This document shows, piece after piece, positions 17,791 through 26,689 of a stretch of 34,781 nt of DNA. The position numbers and the translations under genes were made by a program. The stretch spans positions 1 through 34,781 of the forward strand of contig JAIFNJ010000255.1 of the NCBI GenBank assembly GCA_020047835.1, given 5' to 3'. This DNA comes from Bacteroidota bacterium (GTDB lineage Bacteria > Bacteroidota > Bacteroidia > Bacteroidales > SZUA-534). The notes below the pieces were generated by a model. That model was not told the origin of the DNA. It saw only the letters and a list, made by a program, of their open reading frames with translations, and ran no database searches. Every line of letters starts with the position of its first letter. Position 1 is the first letter of the stretch.

Positions 17791-18264
17791 TTATTGATGA
17801 TGGTAAGGTTCTCCCTTTAAGATGGTATGAGCCCGATAAAATTGTTCAACAAAAATCAAGCGTATTAATTGATGTGAAAAGGTCATTTTTGAAAAGGATA
17901 TTTTATGATGGGCTCTTTGATAAACCGCTTCTGAAAATCCGTATGGCCCCCCAATTACAAAAACAATTCGTTTTTGACCTGAAATTAGCATGGTGTTGAA
18001 CCATTGAGCAAAAGAAACCGAAGAATGTTGAGTTCCATTCTCATCTAACAACACCAAAATATCGCCCGGCTGAATCTTTTTCAAAATAAGTTCGCCTTCT
18101 TTTTCTTTTTGGGTGGTTTCGCTTAAACTACGGGTATTTTTTAAGTCAGCTATTACTTCCAAATCAAAAGCCATATACCTGTTTATGCGTGCTGCATAGT
18201 TTTTAAATCCTTCGTTAAGGTATGCATCATCGGTTTTTCCTATTACCAGCAATATAGCTTTCAT
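17791..18264 (-). CDS. rlmH: 23S rRNA (pseudouridine1915-N3)-methyltransferase RlmH
   Basis: 157-aa SPOUT fold. ...RIVFVIGGPYGFSEAVYQRAHHKISFSKMTFSHQLIRLIFVEQFYRAHTILKGEPYHH is the RlmH C-terminal signature. Confidence 0.92.
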   Translation of the reverse strand: MKAILLVIGKTDDAYLNEGFKNYAARINRYMAFDLEVIADLKNTRSLSETTQKEKEGELILKKIQPGDILVLLDENGTQHSSVSFAQWFNTMLISGQKRIVFVIGGPYGFSEAVYQRAHHKISFSKMTFSHQLIRLIFVEQFYRAHTILKGEPYHHQ

Positions 18265-18351
18265 TGATCAGTTGTTAGTGCTAGACTTCAAATTATAGAA
18301 CTATTGAAAACATTTGATTGCAGTCTAATTTTGTTCCTACTTAAAACTCAC

Positions 18352-18359
18352 TAAATTTG
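18352..18359 (+). promoter_or_regulatory. -7 promoter box TAAATTTG for the nadC operon
   Basis: Exact TAnnTTTG match 33 nt upstream of the ATG at 18392. Confidence 0.5.
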
Positions 18360-18391
18360 CAATAATTCAAGTAAAAGCGGAAATTAACTAA

Positions 18392-18814
18392 ATGTTTTCA
18401 AACAAAAAAAAACTTTTTTATAGTGCCCTGTTACTCCTGCTATTTAATGTTTCACTGATAGCACAGGAAGAACCGGACCAAAAGCAGTCGTTTGATTCCA
18501 TTAACCAACTGGTTACTAATGCTATGATAAGCATAAATGCCCATTTGCTTTCAAAAACATTTCACGATAAAATTGATTTAACGCTTTCTGATAATCAAGG
18601 GATTTACAGTAATTCACAAGCCCAATACATTATTTCAAGCTTTTTTAAAAAATATCCCATCCTCTCCTATCAAATTGTTAGTCAAAATAATACATTTAAC
18701 AGCAATTTTGTGGTAGGTATTATGCATACAGCAGATCAAAAATTTAAAGTTTGCTATCTTATCAAACAAGAAAATAATACACCCAAAATTTATCAATTTA
18801 GAATTGAAAAATGA
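18392..18814 (+). CDS. Secreted small protein, possibly DUF4783 family
   Basis: 140 aa with a signal peptide (MFSNKKKLFYSALLLLLFNVSLIAQ). Its stop overlaps the nadC start (ATGA). The family name is recalled from synteny in other Bacteroidota and is not verified. Confidence 0.55.
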   Translation: MFSNKKKLFYSALLLLLFNVSLIAQEEPDQKQSFDSINQLVTNAMISINAHLLSKTFHDKIDLTLSDNQGIYSNSQAQYIISSFFKKYPILSYQIVSQNNTFNSNFVVGIMHTADQKFKVCYLIKQENNTPKIYQFRIEK

Positions 18815-19659
18815 TAGAACACTCTGAATATATACAGGAATTTATTAAAAATGCTTTAAGAGAAGATGTTGGAGATGGCGATCACACCTCGCTAAGTTGC
18901 ATTCCCGCTAATCAAACCGGAAAAGCCAAACTGCTGGTGAAGCAAGAAGGAATTATTGCCGGAGTTGAAGTGGCTAAAATGGTATTTCAGCTATTTGACC
19001 CGGAACTCACCATAAAGCAGTTTATTGCCGATGGAACCTGGGTCAAACCCGGCGATGTGGTTTTTGAAGTCAGTGGTAAGGAACTTTCTATATTGCAAAC
19101 GGAGCGATTGGTATTGAATTTTATGCAACGCATGAGCGGTATTGCCACTCAAACTCAAGAATATGTAAAACTATTAGACGGTTTGAAAACAAAAATTTTG
19201 GATACCCGCAAAACAACACCCGGCATGAGAATTTTTGAGAAAATGGCTGTTAAAATGGGCGGTGGCGAAAACCACCGGATGGGCCTTTACGACATGGTAA
19301 TGATTAAAGACAATCATATTGATTTTGCTGGTGGTATAAGACCCGCCATAGAACGCGTTCAAAAATATTTATCACTTAAAGGGAAAGACCTGAAAATTGA
19401 AGTAGAAGCCCGAAGTTTTGACGAAATAAGACAAATAATGGAGGTTGGAGGAGTTCACCGCATTATGATTGATAATTTCTCAGTATCCGATACCCTGAAA
19501 GCAGTGAACCTGATTGGTGGTAATTATGAAATAGAATCATCGGGTGGAATTACCAAAGAAACACTGCGCAATTATGCTTTATGCGGAGTTGATTATATTT
19601 CAGTAGGGGCATTGACGCATCAAATTAAAAGTCTGGACTTAAGTTTAAAGGCACTATAA
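18811..19659 (+). CDS. nadC: Nicotinate-nucleotide diphosphorylase (carboxylating), quinolinate phosphoribosyltransferase
   Basis: 282 aa. ...GDHTS...TERLVLNFMQRMSGIAT...ILDTRKTTPGMR..EKMAVKMGGGENHRMGLYDMVMIKDNH...SSGGIT are typical QPRTase motifs. Confidence 0.93.
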   Translation: MIEHSEYIQEFIKNALREDVGDGDHTSLSCIPANQTGKAKLLVKQEGIIAGVEVAKMVFQLFDPELTIKQFIADGTWVKPGDVVFEVSGKELSILQTERLVLNFMQRMSGIATQTQEYVKLLDGLKTKILDTRKTTPGMRIFEKMAVKMGGGENHRMGLYDMVMIKDNHIDFAGGIRPAIERVQKYLSLKGKDLKIEVEARSFDEIRQIMEVGGVHRIMIDNFSVSDTLKAVNLIGGNYEIESSGGITKETLRNYALCGVDYISVGALTHQIKSLDLSLKAL

Positions 19660-19666
19660 TAATTCC

Positions 19667-20668
19667 ATGGGTAAAATTACGATTCCTAATTGGGTAAAAC
19701 TAAGAATAAGAATACTTAAGATTCTTGCCAAGCGAATTATTTTTCCTGGTTTCGGAAAAGTTCCCCTATATAATGTTGGAGTTTTTTATGTAAATGGCAT
19801 AGCTAATGGCGCCATTGGAGTTAGGGCTTCTGGCATTTCTTTTAGTTTCTTTATGGCATTATTCCCCAGCATCATTTTTATTTTTACCTTAATTCCTTAC
19901 ATTCCTATTCCCAATTTTCAAATGGAACTAATTGGTTTGCTTGAAAAATTTTTGCCTTCAGATACCTACCGGGTTGTGGAAAATACTATTCTGGATATTA
20001 CTACCAATAAAAGAGGGAGCCTGCTATCATTTGGTTTTTTGGCTGCTTTGTTTTTTAGCACCAACGGTATTTCGGCCATGATTGCTGCTTTTAATGCTTC
20101 AGCCAACTCGTTCGAAAACCGCAAATGGATAAGCATGCAATTAATAGCAATTATGCTGGTTATAATCATTTTTGTGCTTACCACCATAGCTACCGGATTA
20201 ATAATATTTGGTCAAACAATTTTAACATATCTGGTAAAACATGGCATCATTCAAACAGGTTTTTCACAAGTCGTTTTCATTCTCACCCAATGGTTAATTA
20301 TATTGGCTTTAATTTTATTAAGTCTTTCATTTTTATATCATTATGCACCATCGAAGCGAACCTCATCGCGATTTTTTTCACCCGGAGCCATTATGGCCAC
20401 CGTTCTAATTATACTTACTTCACTGGTATTTTCCTTTTATTTAGGCCGGTTTGGACAATACAACAAATTATATGGTTCTATTGGAACTTTAATTGCATTG
20501 CTTATATGGCTAAACATTAACGCCTATATTTTACTCATCGGATTTGAATTAAATGTTAGCATTCACAATGCACATGTAGAATCAAGAAATAAACTGGAAC
20601 TTTCGGATAATAGCAAAGACTATGAGCGCTATTATCCAAAAAAAGATGAATTATTAAAAGAGCTGTAA
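19667..20668 (+). CDS. YihY/BrkB-family (formerly 'ribonuclease BN') integral membrane protein
   Basis: 333 aa with 6 TM spans. The pattern ...GVRASGISFSFFMALFPSIIF... and ...YGSIGTLIALLIWLNINAYILLIGFELN is typical of the YihY family. Confidence 0.8.
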   Translation: MGKITIPNWVKLRIRILKILAKRIIFPGFGKVPLYNVGVFYVNGIANGAIGVRASGISFSFFMALFPSIIFIFTLIPYIPIPNFQMELIGLLEKFLPSDTYRVVENTILDITTNKRGSLLSFGFLAALFFSTNGISAMIAAFNASANSFENRKWISMQLIAIMLVIIIFVLTTIATGLIIFGQTILTYLVKHGIIQTGFSQVVFILTQWLIILALILLSLSFLYHYAPSKRTSSRFFSPGAIMATVLIILTSLVFSFYLGRFGQYNKLYGSIGTLIALLIWLNINAYILLIGFELNVSIHNAHVESRNKLELSDNSKDYERYYPKKDELLKEL

Positions 20669-20683
20669 TCAGAATAATAATAA

Positions 20684-21424
20684 ATGAAAACAAAACTGGT
20701 CATTCTTCTAATCCTGGTATCATGCCTTGCAGCTTCTGCTCAAATTATAGAGAAAGGGGTGGCATCCTTTTATGATGATAAATTTAATGGACGGATTACT
20801 GCCAGTGGGGAAATATTTGATCAATCAAAACTTACAGCAGCACACCGAACATTTCCTTTTGGAACGCTCATTAAAGTTACCAATACTGACAATAACAAAA
20901 CGGTGGAATTAACCATCAACGACCGGGGACCTTATGTTAAGGATCGAATTATTGATGTTTCGAAAAAAGCAGCACAAGAATTAGGGTTTACTGCAAAAGG
21001 GACTGCCAAAGTTAAAATTGAGGTAGTAAAGTTAGGAGCTAACGCCATTATTGACAGCAAAAACTCACCGGCTTCAAAATCGAATACGGAAAAAGCAACA
21101 CCCGTAAGTCAAGAAAAACCAAAAGCTACAAATTCAACCTTGGCCGATGAAGCATTGGAATATTACAAATTGGAATCGGAGATAATTGAACCCAAAGGAT
21201 TTGGGATTCAGGTGGCCAGCTATCAGGAAGCTGCCAATTTAATAAAACGATGTAGCGAAATAAGAAGCAAGACTAACAAAGATGTGATTGTACAAGTGGC
21301 TGATAGCCAAGGAAAAAAAGTGTATCGTATTATCATCGGCACGTTTGCCACCCACGAATTGGCCGAAGAATACTTTAAAAAGCAGGGCAATCAGTTTCCG
21401 GGCAGTTTTGTGTTTGGATTTTAA
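20684..21424 (+). CDS. rlpA: Septal ring lytic transglycosylase RlpA-family protein with C-terminal SPOR domain
   Basis: Signal peptide, then a DPBB domain GVASFYDDKFNGRITASGEIFDQSKLTAAHRTFPFGTLIKVTN...LTINDRGPY. The SPOR-like C-terminus is GFGIQVASYQEAANL...YRIIIGTFATHELAEEYFKK. Confidence 0.88.
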   Translation: MKTKLVILLILVSCLAASAQIIEKGVASFYDDKFNGRITASGEIFDQSKLTAAHRTFPFGTLIKVTNTDNNKTVELTINDRGPYVKDRIIDVSKKAAQELGFTAKGTAKVKIEVVKLGANAIIDSKNSPASKSNTEKATPVSQEKPKATNSTLADEALEYYKLESEIIEPKGFGIQVASYQEAANLIKRCSEIRSKTNKDVIVQVADSQGKKVYRIIIGTFATHELAEEYFKKQGNQFPGSFVFGF

Positions 21425-21571
21425 AGTTTGAACTAGCTGCTAGTTGTTGATTAATAACTCTATAATTGTGTTGTATTTAATCGGTCTTTTGATTTGCAAT
21501 TCGCAATCTCAAACGCAAAATTCAGAATTTGTTCAACTTCCATCTTCTATCTTTTTGCACAATAATTATTT

Positions 21572-21579
21572 TACCTTTG
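21572..21579 (+). promoter_or_regulatory. -7 promoter box TACCTTTG for coaD
   Basis: Exact TAnnTTTG match 25 nt upstream of the ATG at 21604. Confidence 0.5.
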
Positions 21580-21603
21580 TGCATTGCAAACTGTTTATAA
21601 ATA

Positions 21604-22107
21604 GTGGATATGAAAATTGCAGTTTTTGCCGGATCATTCGATCCATTTACAAAAGGACACGAATCAGTGGTAGTAAGGGCATTGCCTTTGTTCGACAAGA
21701 TAATTATTGCTATAGGACATAATTCAACCAAAATGGAGTTTCTTAATTTGGAAGAGCGGTTGGAGCTTATTAACAATGTTTTTATAAATGAACCACGGGT
21801 GGTTGTTGATTCTTATCAAGGGTTAACTGTTGATTATTGCAAGGAAGTAAATGCCAGCTTTATGTTAAGGGGCATCCGCACTGCAGCCGATTTTGAATAC
21901 GAAAGAGGGGTAGCACAAATGAATAAATTAATGTTACCCGAAGTAGAATCATTTTTTTTATTAACTACGCCCGAACTTACTCCGGTAAATAGTACTATAG
22001 TGCGTGATATTTTGCGGTTTGGGGGCGATGTAAGTCAGTTTCTGCCTGAATCAGCCAATATCTATTCCATACTTGAAAAGAGGAAAGACAATAAGGAAAA
22101 TTTATGA
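21604..22107 (+). CDS. coaD: Phosphopantetheine adenylyltransferase
   Basis: IAVFAGSFDPFTKGHESVV (T/HxGH nucleotidyltransferase motif) ...LRGIRTAADFEYE...VNSTIVRDI. The start could alternatively be the ATG at 21610. Confidence 0.92.
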   Translation: MDMKIAVFAGSFDPFTKGHESVVVRALPLFDKIIIAIGHNSTKMEFLNLEERLELINNVFINEPRVVVDSYQGLTVDYCKEVNASFMLRGIRTAADFEYERGVAQMNKLMLPEVESFFLLTTPELTPVNSTIVRDILRFGGDVSQFLPESANIYSILEKRKDNKENL

Positions 22108-23528
22108 TTCGACTCGTTTTTTTTATTGGTTTTGTTTTCTCATTTTTAAATATAGCATTGGCTCAAAAGGCAATTACTAAATTATCAGGAGTCAATAAAA
22201 CATATATTGGGCAGACTCTTAAGGTTCTAACCTACTCTGACTTAATTTCTAACAACCTTATAGTTTTAGATTCTGCCATTGTTGACCAACAAGGTTTCTT
22301 TGAATTCCAAATTCCATTGGAACAAACGGTATTTGCCTCATTACCTTTGGGTATTTTTCTATCGGTTATATATTTGGAACCGCGATCGGATTATGAAGTG
22401 GTACTTCCCGATTTTCAGCCAAAATCGCAAGTGGATTTTTTAAATCCTTTTTTTAAACCGGTTGAAATTTACCTGGGCTTAAAAAATGCCGACACGCTCG
22501 ATTTAAATTTTCAGTTAGCTAATTTCAATGAAACGTATCATAACTATCTGGATAATAACTATTATTATATTGTCAAAAATCCGTTAAAGGCTAATATTGA
22601 TTCGGTAATTGAAACTATGGAACAGCCTTTTATTTCGGTCAATAATACATATTTCTATAATTACCGTAAATATAGTTATGGATGGTTAAAATATATTACC
22701 ATTTTGCGCGACAGCCGATACTTAATAAGGGAGTATTTCAACAACCAACCCATTCAATATACAAATAGTGCATACATGGATTTATTTAATCAGGTTTTTG
22801 CCAACTATCTTTCTTTTTATTCAAATACCAGCGAGGGTCAGCGTGTTTTTTCTGATATAGCCTATGCGAAAAGTCCTACTTATGCTTATCAAACATTTGA
22901 AAACAACATGGTTTTGATGAATGATACTTTGCAAGAAATGGTCTTACTTAAGGGGTTACACGATGCCTTTTATTCCAACGATTTTCCTGTCCAAAGTATG
23001 ATAATTACCTTAGATTCAATGATATGTTGTGCAAAAGTATCCTATCATAAAGAAATAGCTGCCAATATCAAAAAAAAGGTATTGCAGGGTAAATCAGGAT
23101 TTCAAGCACCACAATTTCAACTATTTAACTCCAAAGGGATTATGCGGAAGAATAGCGACTACCTAACACATTATGTTTACTTAAACTTTATATCTATCGA
23201 TAGTTATACCTGCCGTGAAGAATTGGAACTTTTAAAAGCTTTGTACGAAAAGCACAAATCTGATTTTAAGGTAGTAAGCATCTCTATTGATGAAAATATT
23301 ACGGAGGTGCAAAAGTATTTTAATGAACATGGATATGTTTGGGACTTATTGAGTTTTACGAACCAAAAGGAACTTATTGATTTATATAAAGTAAAAGCAT
23401 TTCCTTCCTTTTATTTAATTAATCCGGAAGGTAATTTGGTATTGTCTCCGGCCAATTCGCCAAGCGAAAATTTTGAATGGTATTTCTTTAAACTGATGCA
23501 GTCGAATAAAAGGAGTCAGAACCGATAA
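22104..23528 (+). CDS. Secreted thioredoxin-fold (TlpA/AhpC-TSA-like) protein with a large N-terminal domain and a degenerate SxxC active site
   Basis: Signal peptide MIRLVFFIGFVFSFLNIALAQ. The C-terminal ~130 aa look like a redoxin domain (FQAPQFQLFNSKG...YVYLNFISIDSYTCREELELLKALYEKHKSDFKVVSISID...AFPSFYLINPEGN). The usual WCxxC is SYTC here. The start overlaps the coaD stop (ATGA). Confidence 0.7.
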   Translation: MIRLVFFIGFVFSFLNIALAQKAITKLSGVNKTYIGQTLKVLTYSDLISNNLIVLDSAIVDQQGFFEFQIPLEQTVFASLPLGIFLSVIYLEPRSDYEVVLPDFQPKSQVDFLNPFFKPVEIYLGLKNADTLDLNFQLANFNETYHNYLDNNYYYIVKNPLKANIDSVIETMEQPFISVNNTYFYNYRKYSYGWLKYITILRDSRYLIREYFNNQPIQYTNSAYMDLFNQVFANYLSFYSNTSEGQRVFSDIAYAKSPTYAYQTFENNMVLMNDTLQEMVLLKGLHDAFYSNDFPVQSMIITLDSMICCAKVSYHKEIAANIKKKVLQGKSGFQAPQFQLFNSKGIMRKNSDYLTHYVYLNFISIDSYTCREELELLKALYEKHKSDFKVVSISIDENITEVQKYFNEHGYVWDLLSFTNQKELIDLYKVKAFPSFYLINPEGNLVLSPANSPSENFEWYFFKLMQSNKRSQNR

Positions 23529-24132
23529 AATTTTCTAATAAACTGGATATTGAAGGATATGAATTTGGTAAGTATTTGGGGATATCTTTAATAGGAATCC
23601 AAATTGCCTCCATAATTCCCTCATTTATCTGAGGTTTCGTTTTTTCGTTGCCACTGTAATTCATTAAATACCAGGCAGATGGTTTAAGTATGGTTAAATC
23701 ATTCAGGTAATATACATGATAGGTTTTTTCTATTTTTGATACTATTGTTTGTCCATTAATTCCACATTCTTCGGTTACCTCACGCAAAGCGGCCTGCTTG
23801 GTTTTTTCTCCTTTTTCAATGTGTCCTTTTGGCAAATCCCACAAACCTTTTCTCTTTATAACTAGTAATTCATTTTTTTGATTAAGCACTAATCCACCAG
23901 CTGCTTTGCGAATTGTGAATTGCTTTTTAAAGATTTTCCAACTTGTTTCCAGATCGTCACATTCAAAAACTATGATTTTCTCTTCATTATTAGACAATAA
24001 TTCAACAGATAGTTGTTGAATAACCGATGCTTTTAAATTACTATACAAAGAATTGTATAAGAAATTAGCTTGGTTTTTTTTAACTAAATAAACCTTGTTG
24101 CGGTTGAAAAAAACTTTATATTTTTGTGGCAT
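23488..24132 (-). CDS. NUDIX hydrolase
   Basis: Nudix box GHIEKGEKTKQAALREVTEECGI. The start is taken at the internal ATG (MPQKYKVFFNRNKVYL...), matching the usual N-terminus of this Bacteroidota NUDIX type. The track's longer ORF (to 24246) would overlap pyrE by 116 nt. Confidence 0.75.
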   Translation of the reverse strand: MPQKYKVFFNRNKVYLVKKNQANFLYNSLYSNLKASVIQQLSVELLSNNEEKIIVFECDDLETSWKIFKKQFTIRKAAGGLVLNQKNELLVIKRKGLWDLPKGHIEKGEKTKQAALREVTEECGINGQTIVSKIEKTYHVYYLNDLTILKPSAWYLMNYSGNEKTKPQINEGIMEAIWIPIKDIPKYLPNSYPSISSLLENFIGSDSFYSTASV

Positions 24133-24769
24133 GATACAAACGAGTGAATTAGCAAAACAGATGGCAAAACAATTGTTGCAAATTAAAGCAATAAAATTGA
24201 AGCCATCAACACCTTTTATTTGGGCATCGGGAATGAAATCGCCCATTTATTGTGATAACCGAAAAACATTGTCCTATCCAGCGGTTCGCAGTTTTATCTG
24301 CGATGCGTTTGTACAAACCATTCAAGAGAAATATCCAACGGTTGATGTTATTGCTGGTGTAGCTACCGGTGCTATTGCTCATGGAGTTTTAGTGGCTCAG
24401 GCACTCAACAAACCATTTGTTTATGTACGAAGTGATGCAAAAAAGCACGGACTGGAAAATATGGTGGAAGGCTATCTTGAAAAAGGACAACGGGTTGTAG
24501 TGATTGAAGATTTGATTTCCACCGGAGGTAGCAGTTTAAAGGCTGTTGAGGCATTGCGTGAAGCCGGCACTATCATTGAAGGATTGCTTGCAATATTTAG
24601 TTACGGTTTTCCGAAAGCTGCAGAAAACTTTGCAACAGCTAATTGTGAGCTAAATACATTGAGTAATTATCAAACTTTAATTGAAATTGCCTTTGAAACA
24701 GGATATATTACTGATTCCGAAATACACTTGCTAAAAAAATGGCGCGAAAATCCTGACGGTTGGATGTAA
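24131..24769 (+). CDS. pyrE: Orotate phosphoribosyltransferase
   Basis: ...LLQIKAIKLKPSTPFIWASGMKSPIYCDNRKTLSYP...VIAGVATGAIAHG...VVVIEDLISTGGSS (PRPP-binding motif). The start at MIQTSELAKQMAKQLL.. is favoured because this stretch resembles the N-terminal helix of Bacteroides PyrE. An alternative ATG lies at 24161. Confidence 0.9.
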   Translation: MIQTSELAKQMAKQLLQIKAIKLKPSTPFIWASGMKSPIYCDNRKTLSYPAVRSFICDAFVQTIQEKYPTVDVIAGVATGAIAHGVLVAQALNKPFVYVRSDAKKHGLENMVEGYLEKGQRVVVIEDLISTGGSSLKAVEALREAGTIIEGLLAIFSYGFPKAAENFATANCELNTLSNYQTLIEIAFETGYITDSEIHLLKKWRENPDGWM

Positions 24770-24810
24770 TCCTTTCTCTTTTAATCAAATTTTTTTAAAA
24801 CTAAATATAT

Positions 24811-25212
24811 ATGGAAATTGAAAGCCGAATTGGCACCATTCAATCCAGTCAGCAAGAAGCATTTAGCCTTTTATCCAATTTCACGAACCTGGAAAAATTT
24901 ATGCCTCCGGATCAGGTTTCTGATTTAATTTCCGATGCCGATAGTTGCAGTTTCAATATTGCCAAAATTGGTAAATTTGGAATGCGTATCGTGGAAAGGA
25001 TTCCCAATGATCGAGTTAAAATTACAAATACCGAGAATGTTCCGTTTAATTTTACCTTAATGTTTTATCTTACCCCAATTTCCGATAATGAAACAACCGT
25101 TAAAATTAACTTAAAAGCCGATTTAAACCCAATATTTAAGTTGGTAGCTCAAAAGCCGTTGACTAATTTTATTGAAGCACTAATTGGTAAGTTGGAAACA
25201 ATTCAACAATAG
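24811..25212 (+). CDS. SRPBCC-superfamily (START/polyketide-cyclase-like) small protein
   Basis: 133 aa. The pattern of an N-terminal strand and helix (SSQQEAFSLLSNFTNLEKFMP), a beta-rich middle and a C-terminal helix resembles SRPBCC. The assignment is by eye only. Confidence 0.5.
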   Translation: MEIESRIGTIQSSQQEAFSLLSNFTNLEKFMPPDQVSDLISDADSCSFNIAKIGKFGMRIVERIPNDRVKITNTENVPFNFTLMFYLTPISDNETTVKINLKADLNPIFKLVAQKPLTNFIEALIGKLETIQQ

Positions 25213-25286
25213 ACTCCATTCAAGAAATGATATCCCAATCATAAAAAGATCCCCCAAACCAGAAGTAAAGTTTTGCGATTAATTGA

Positions 25287-26024
25287 CTAAAATACAAACT
25301 CTACTTCTTTTAAATAAAACTTCCTGAGTTCTCCTGTTGGGGTTTTGAGTATTAGTTGTCCATCGTTTGCTACTTCCTTAATCTTTGCATGGAACAATTC
25401 TTCCCCAGCTTTAAAATCGTGATAGTCAGTATTTCTGAATAAATGACTATGATACTGTTCATTTATTTTATCGAAATACTCATCGGAAAGCATATCATAC
25501 CAAATGGAAATCTGGTTAAGTACATTTTTTAGTATTTCCGGAATATCTGCAGAATGGCCAATTACTTGCTTTAAGGAAATTGGGTTGGGTGCATTACTTA
25601 AAAAAACCTCTTGATTTATATTTAAACCAATACCTATTATTGAATATTTTATATAATCCCCTTGAATCTGATTTTCTATAAGAATTCCGCCAATTTTTTT
25701 GTTTTGGTAATAAATATCGTTAGGCCATTTAATGGTAAAGCAATCTCTTATTTCATTCAGCGCATCAATAATACCTAATGATATTGCTTTGGATAGTAAA
25801 AACATTTCTTCTGCTTTCAAGGAATCTGGTCGCAGTAAGAGGCTAAAAGTCAGGTTTTTTCCGGGTTCACTTTCCCAAGTATTTGCTCCTAAACCCTTTC
25901 CGCTATTTTGAAAACTAGCCACAATTACAGATCCTTCGGGTAATTGATTGGTATTCAATAGGTTCTTTAGATGCTTGTTGGTTGAGTCAACTTCAATAAT
26001 CTCATTTATGGTAAATGGCTTCAT
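25287..26024 (-). CDS. birA: Biotin--[acetyl-CoA-carboxylase] ligase, class I (no N-terminal HTH)
   Basis: 245 aa. ...VIVASFQNSGKGLGANTWESEPGKNLTFSLLL (GRGRxGRxW-type biotin loop, here GKGLGANTW) ...KWPNDIYYQNKKIGGILIE... The C-terminal SH3-like tail is present. Confidence 0.85.
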   Translation of the reverse strand: MKPFTINEIIEVDSTNKHLKNLLNTNQLPEGSVIVASFQNSGKGLGANTWESEPGKNLTFSLLLRPDSLKAEEMFLLSKAISLGIIDALNEIRDCFTIKWPNDIYYQNKKIGGILIENQIQGDYIKYSIIGIGLNINQEVFLSNAPNPISLKQVIGHSADIPEILKNVLNQISIWYDMLSDEYFDKINEQYHSHLFRNTDYHDFKAGEELFHAKIKEVANDGQLILKTPTGELRKFYLKEVEFVF

Positions 26025-26041
26025 AAATACTAAAAATAAGG

Positions 26042-26686
26042 TTAAATGGCGATTAGTTTATTTTTTATTGCAAACATAATCAAATTAGCTGTATTTTTTG
26101 AATTGGTTTTGCTTAACAAATTAGCCCGGTGTTTATCAACGGTTCTTTTACTAATAAATAGTGAATCGGCAATTTCCTGATTCGATAACCCCTTGCAAAT
26201 TTCCTCTAAAACTTGCACTTCCCGCTTCGATAGGTTAGTCAATTCTGCTTCTACCTCTTTATGAGGATTAAAGTTCTTAATAACATTGTATAATAACTCC
26301 TGTGAAAAAAAGCTCGCTCCTTGCATTACTTGATTTATTGCTTCAACTACTTCATTTATTTCGGAATTTTTCAGCAAGAATCCTTTTACTCCAGCATTTA
26401 TCATTTTATAGTAATAGTCTTCCTCTCCAAACATGGAAAGAGCAATAATTCTAAGGTTTGGATATTTTTCCGTAGCCAATTGAGTTGCTTCAATTCCATC
26501 CATAACTGGCATGTTAATATCCATGAGAACAATATCTGGAATTTTCAATTCTAATAGCTCTAAAAATTGCTTTCCATTACCCGATTCGCCAATAACCTCA
26601 ATATTGGGAATAGTATTCAATAATATTCTGAGCCCATTGCGAAAAAGAGCATGGTCGTCAACCAAAATAATTTTTATCTTATTCAT
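26042..26686 (-). CDS. NarL/LuxR-family two-component response regulator
   Basis: The receiver is KIILVDDHALFRNGL...DIVLMDINMPVMDG...IIALS. The C-terminal LuxR HTH is LSKREVQVLEEICKGLSNQEIADSLFISKRTVDKHRANLLSK. Confidence 0.92.
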   Translation of the reverse strand: MNKIKIILVDDHALFRNGLRILLNTIPNIEVIGESGNGKQFLELLELKIPDIVLMDINMPVMDGIEATQLATEKYPNLRIIALSMFGEEDYYYKMINAGVKGFLLKNSEINEVVEAINQVMQGASFFSQELLYNVIKNFNPHKEVEAELTNLSKREVQVLEEICKGLSNQEIADSLFISKRTVDKHRANLLSKTNSKNTANLIMFAIKNKLIAI

Positions 26687-26689
26687 CTG

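Noticed and set aside
21444-21776. Track ORFs 21444..21722 (+) and 21522..21776 (-) spanning the rlpA/coaD spacer.
   Set aside because: They run across a promoter box (21572-21579) and into coaD out of frame. coaD explains the coding signal. The short palindrome AACTAG-CTG-CTAGTT at 21431-21445 after rlpA lacks a T tail, so I did not call it a terminator.
23488-24246. Long version of the NUDIX ORF (252 aa, starting MGDFIPDAQIKG...).
   Set aside because: The extra 38 codons are antisense to conserved pyrE coding sequence and Cys/Phe-rich with no homology pattern. The internal ATG gives the typical MxxKYKVFFN start.
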